Shown piece after piece: positions 63,145 through 64,000 of a stretch of DNA of 64,000 nt. Where the stretch lies: contig NW_027139559.1 of assembly GCF_035084215.1 (NCBI RefSeq), forward strand, positions 7,378,001-7,442,000, in the 5' to 3' direction. The first letter of the stretch is position 1; every line of letters starts with the position of its first letter. The notes beneath the pieces are model-generated. The model was not told the origin of the DNA. It made no database searches and was given only the letters and a program-made list of their open reading frames with translations. The position numbers and the translations under genes are program-made. The DNA comes from Heptranchias perlo. Lineage: Eukaryota.

Positions 63145-63695
63145 GGATAGAGTGTAGATCAGCTTTACCCTCTATCTAACCGAATCTGTACCTGCCCTGG
63201 GAGTATTTAGTGGGAGAGTGCAGAGGGAGTGCAACTCCGTATCTAACCCGTGCTGTAACTGCCATGGAAGTGTTTGATATGACAGTGTAGCAGGAGCCTT
63301 GCTCTGTATCTAACTCTGTACCAGCGGTGGGAGTGTTTGATGGGACAATGGAGAGGGAGGTTTACGCTGTATCTAAACCTGTGCGGTACCTGCCCTCGGA
63401 CCATTTGTTTTAACAGCGTAGAGGGAGCTTTACTGTTTATCTATCCTGTGCTGTACTTGCACTGGGAGTGTTTGGTGGGACAGTATCGAGGGAGCTGTAC
63501 CCTTTATCTGACCCCCACTGCTCCTGAACTGGGAGTGTTACATGACACAGTGGAGAGGGGGATTTACTCGATAAATTCATCGGCAATAAAGCGCTTTTCA
63601 ATAAAGATGCGTTTATAAACGCAAGTTCATTCCTCTTTTGTACCTATATTCGACCTGACCAGGGAATATTTGGTGGGATTGTGTCGATCGAGTTT
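63145..63695. repeat. ~67-bp degenerate tandem repeat
   Basis: Unit approximately actctgtatctaacccgtgctgtacctgccctgggagtgtttgatgggacagtgtagagggagcttt; tatctaac at 63173, 63240 and 63307. Confidence 0.88.
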
Positions 63696-64000
63696 AACGT
63701 TTTAGGATTTTTAAGGTAAATATTTTCTCGGATTCAGTGTCGCTTGGTATCCATGTATGCGGACCCGCCCCTCCCATCATCTGCACCGAGGCTTAACCTG
63801 TCCAATCTCCAGGCAAGCGATATCCAGAACATGGGATGGCAAAAACATCACCCTTACTCTGCACATCAGCTCTGGGATTCTCCTCTCTTCGAAATGCTGA
63901 CTGAATATCCAGTCTATCAGACCAACACTCAGGTTCCAAACAAACACATTGTTTCTTGAATTAAAATAAGTAAACTGACAGTAAAATGTATAAACAGTGA

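Noticed and set aside
55865-64000. J, D or V segments, RSSs, or a CH1 exon upstream of C1
   Set aside because: No G-x-G-T-x-x-T-V motif with a donor and no heptamer-nonamer pair found; CACTGTG at ~62621 lacks a nonamer.

Overview
Vertebrate genomic DNA from a cartilaginous fish (shark-like), dense in repeats. Two host genes face each other tail-to-tail. (1) On the minus strand is an apparently intact IgNAR-type immunoglobulin heavy-chain constant region: C1 55547-55864, C2 53719-54021, C3 53325-53642, C4 48629-48949, C5 plus secretory tailpiece 47119-47501, TM1 42325-42482, and a 9-nt TM2 coding exon (VN*) at 34518-34526. All have canonical GT-AG sites and open frames. No V, D or J segment was found, so these probably lie to the right of the window. 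(2) On the plus strand is the main coding exon of a class A orphan GPCR of the GPR139/GPR142-like family (7833-8764); its first exon was not found. The rest is mostly degenerate CR1 and L2 LINEs, tRNA-derived SINEs, a decayed Penelope-like GIY-YIG remnant and many tandem arrays, several visibly derived from retroelement ends (including a ~5 kb, 49-bp satellite). The most notable non-annotated structures are two short palindromic insertions with target-site duplications that carry minimal hammerhead-ribozyme cores, a ~527-bp-arm foldback just downstream of the GPCR, and an octamer/E-box/ETS motif cluster in unique J-C intron sequence (candidate intronic enhancer). Family assignments rest on motifs recognised by eye, not on database searches; repeat boundaries are approximate.
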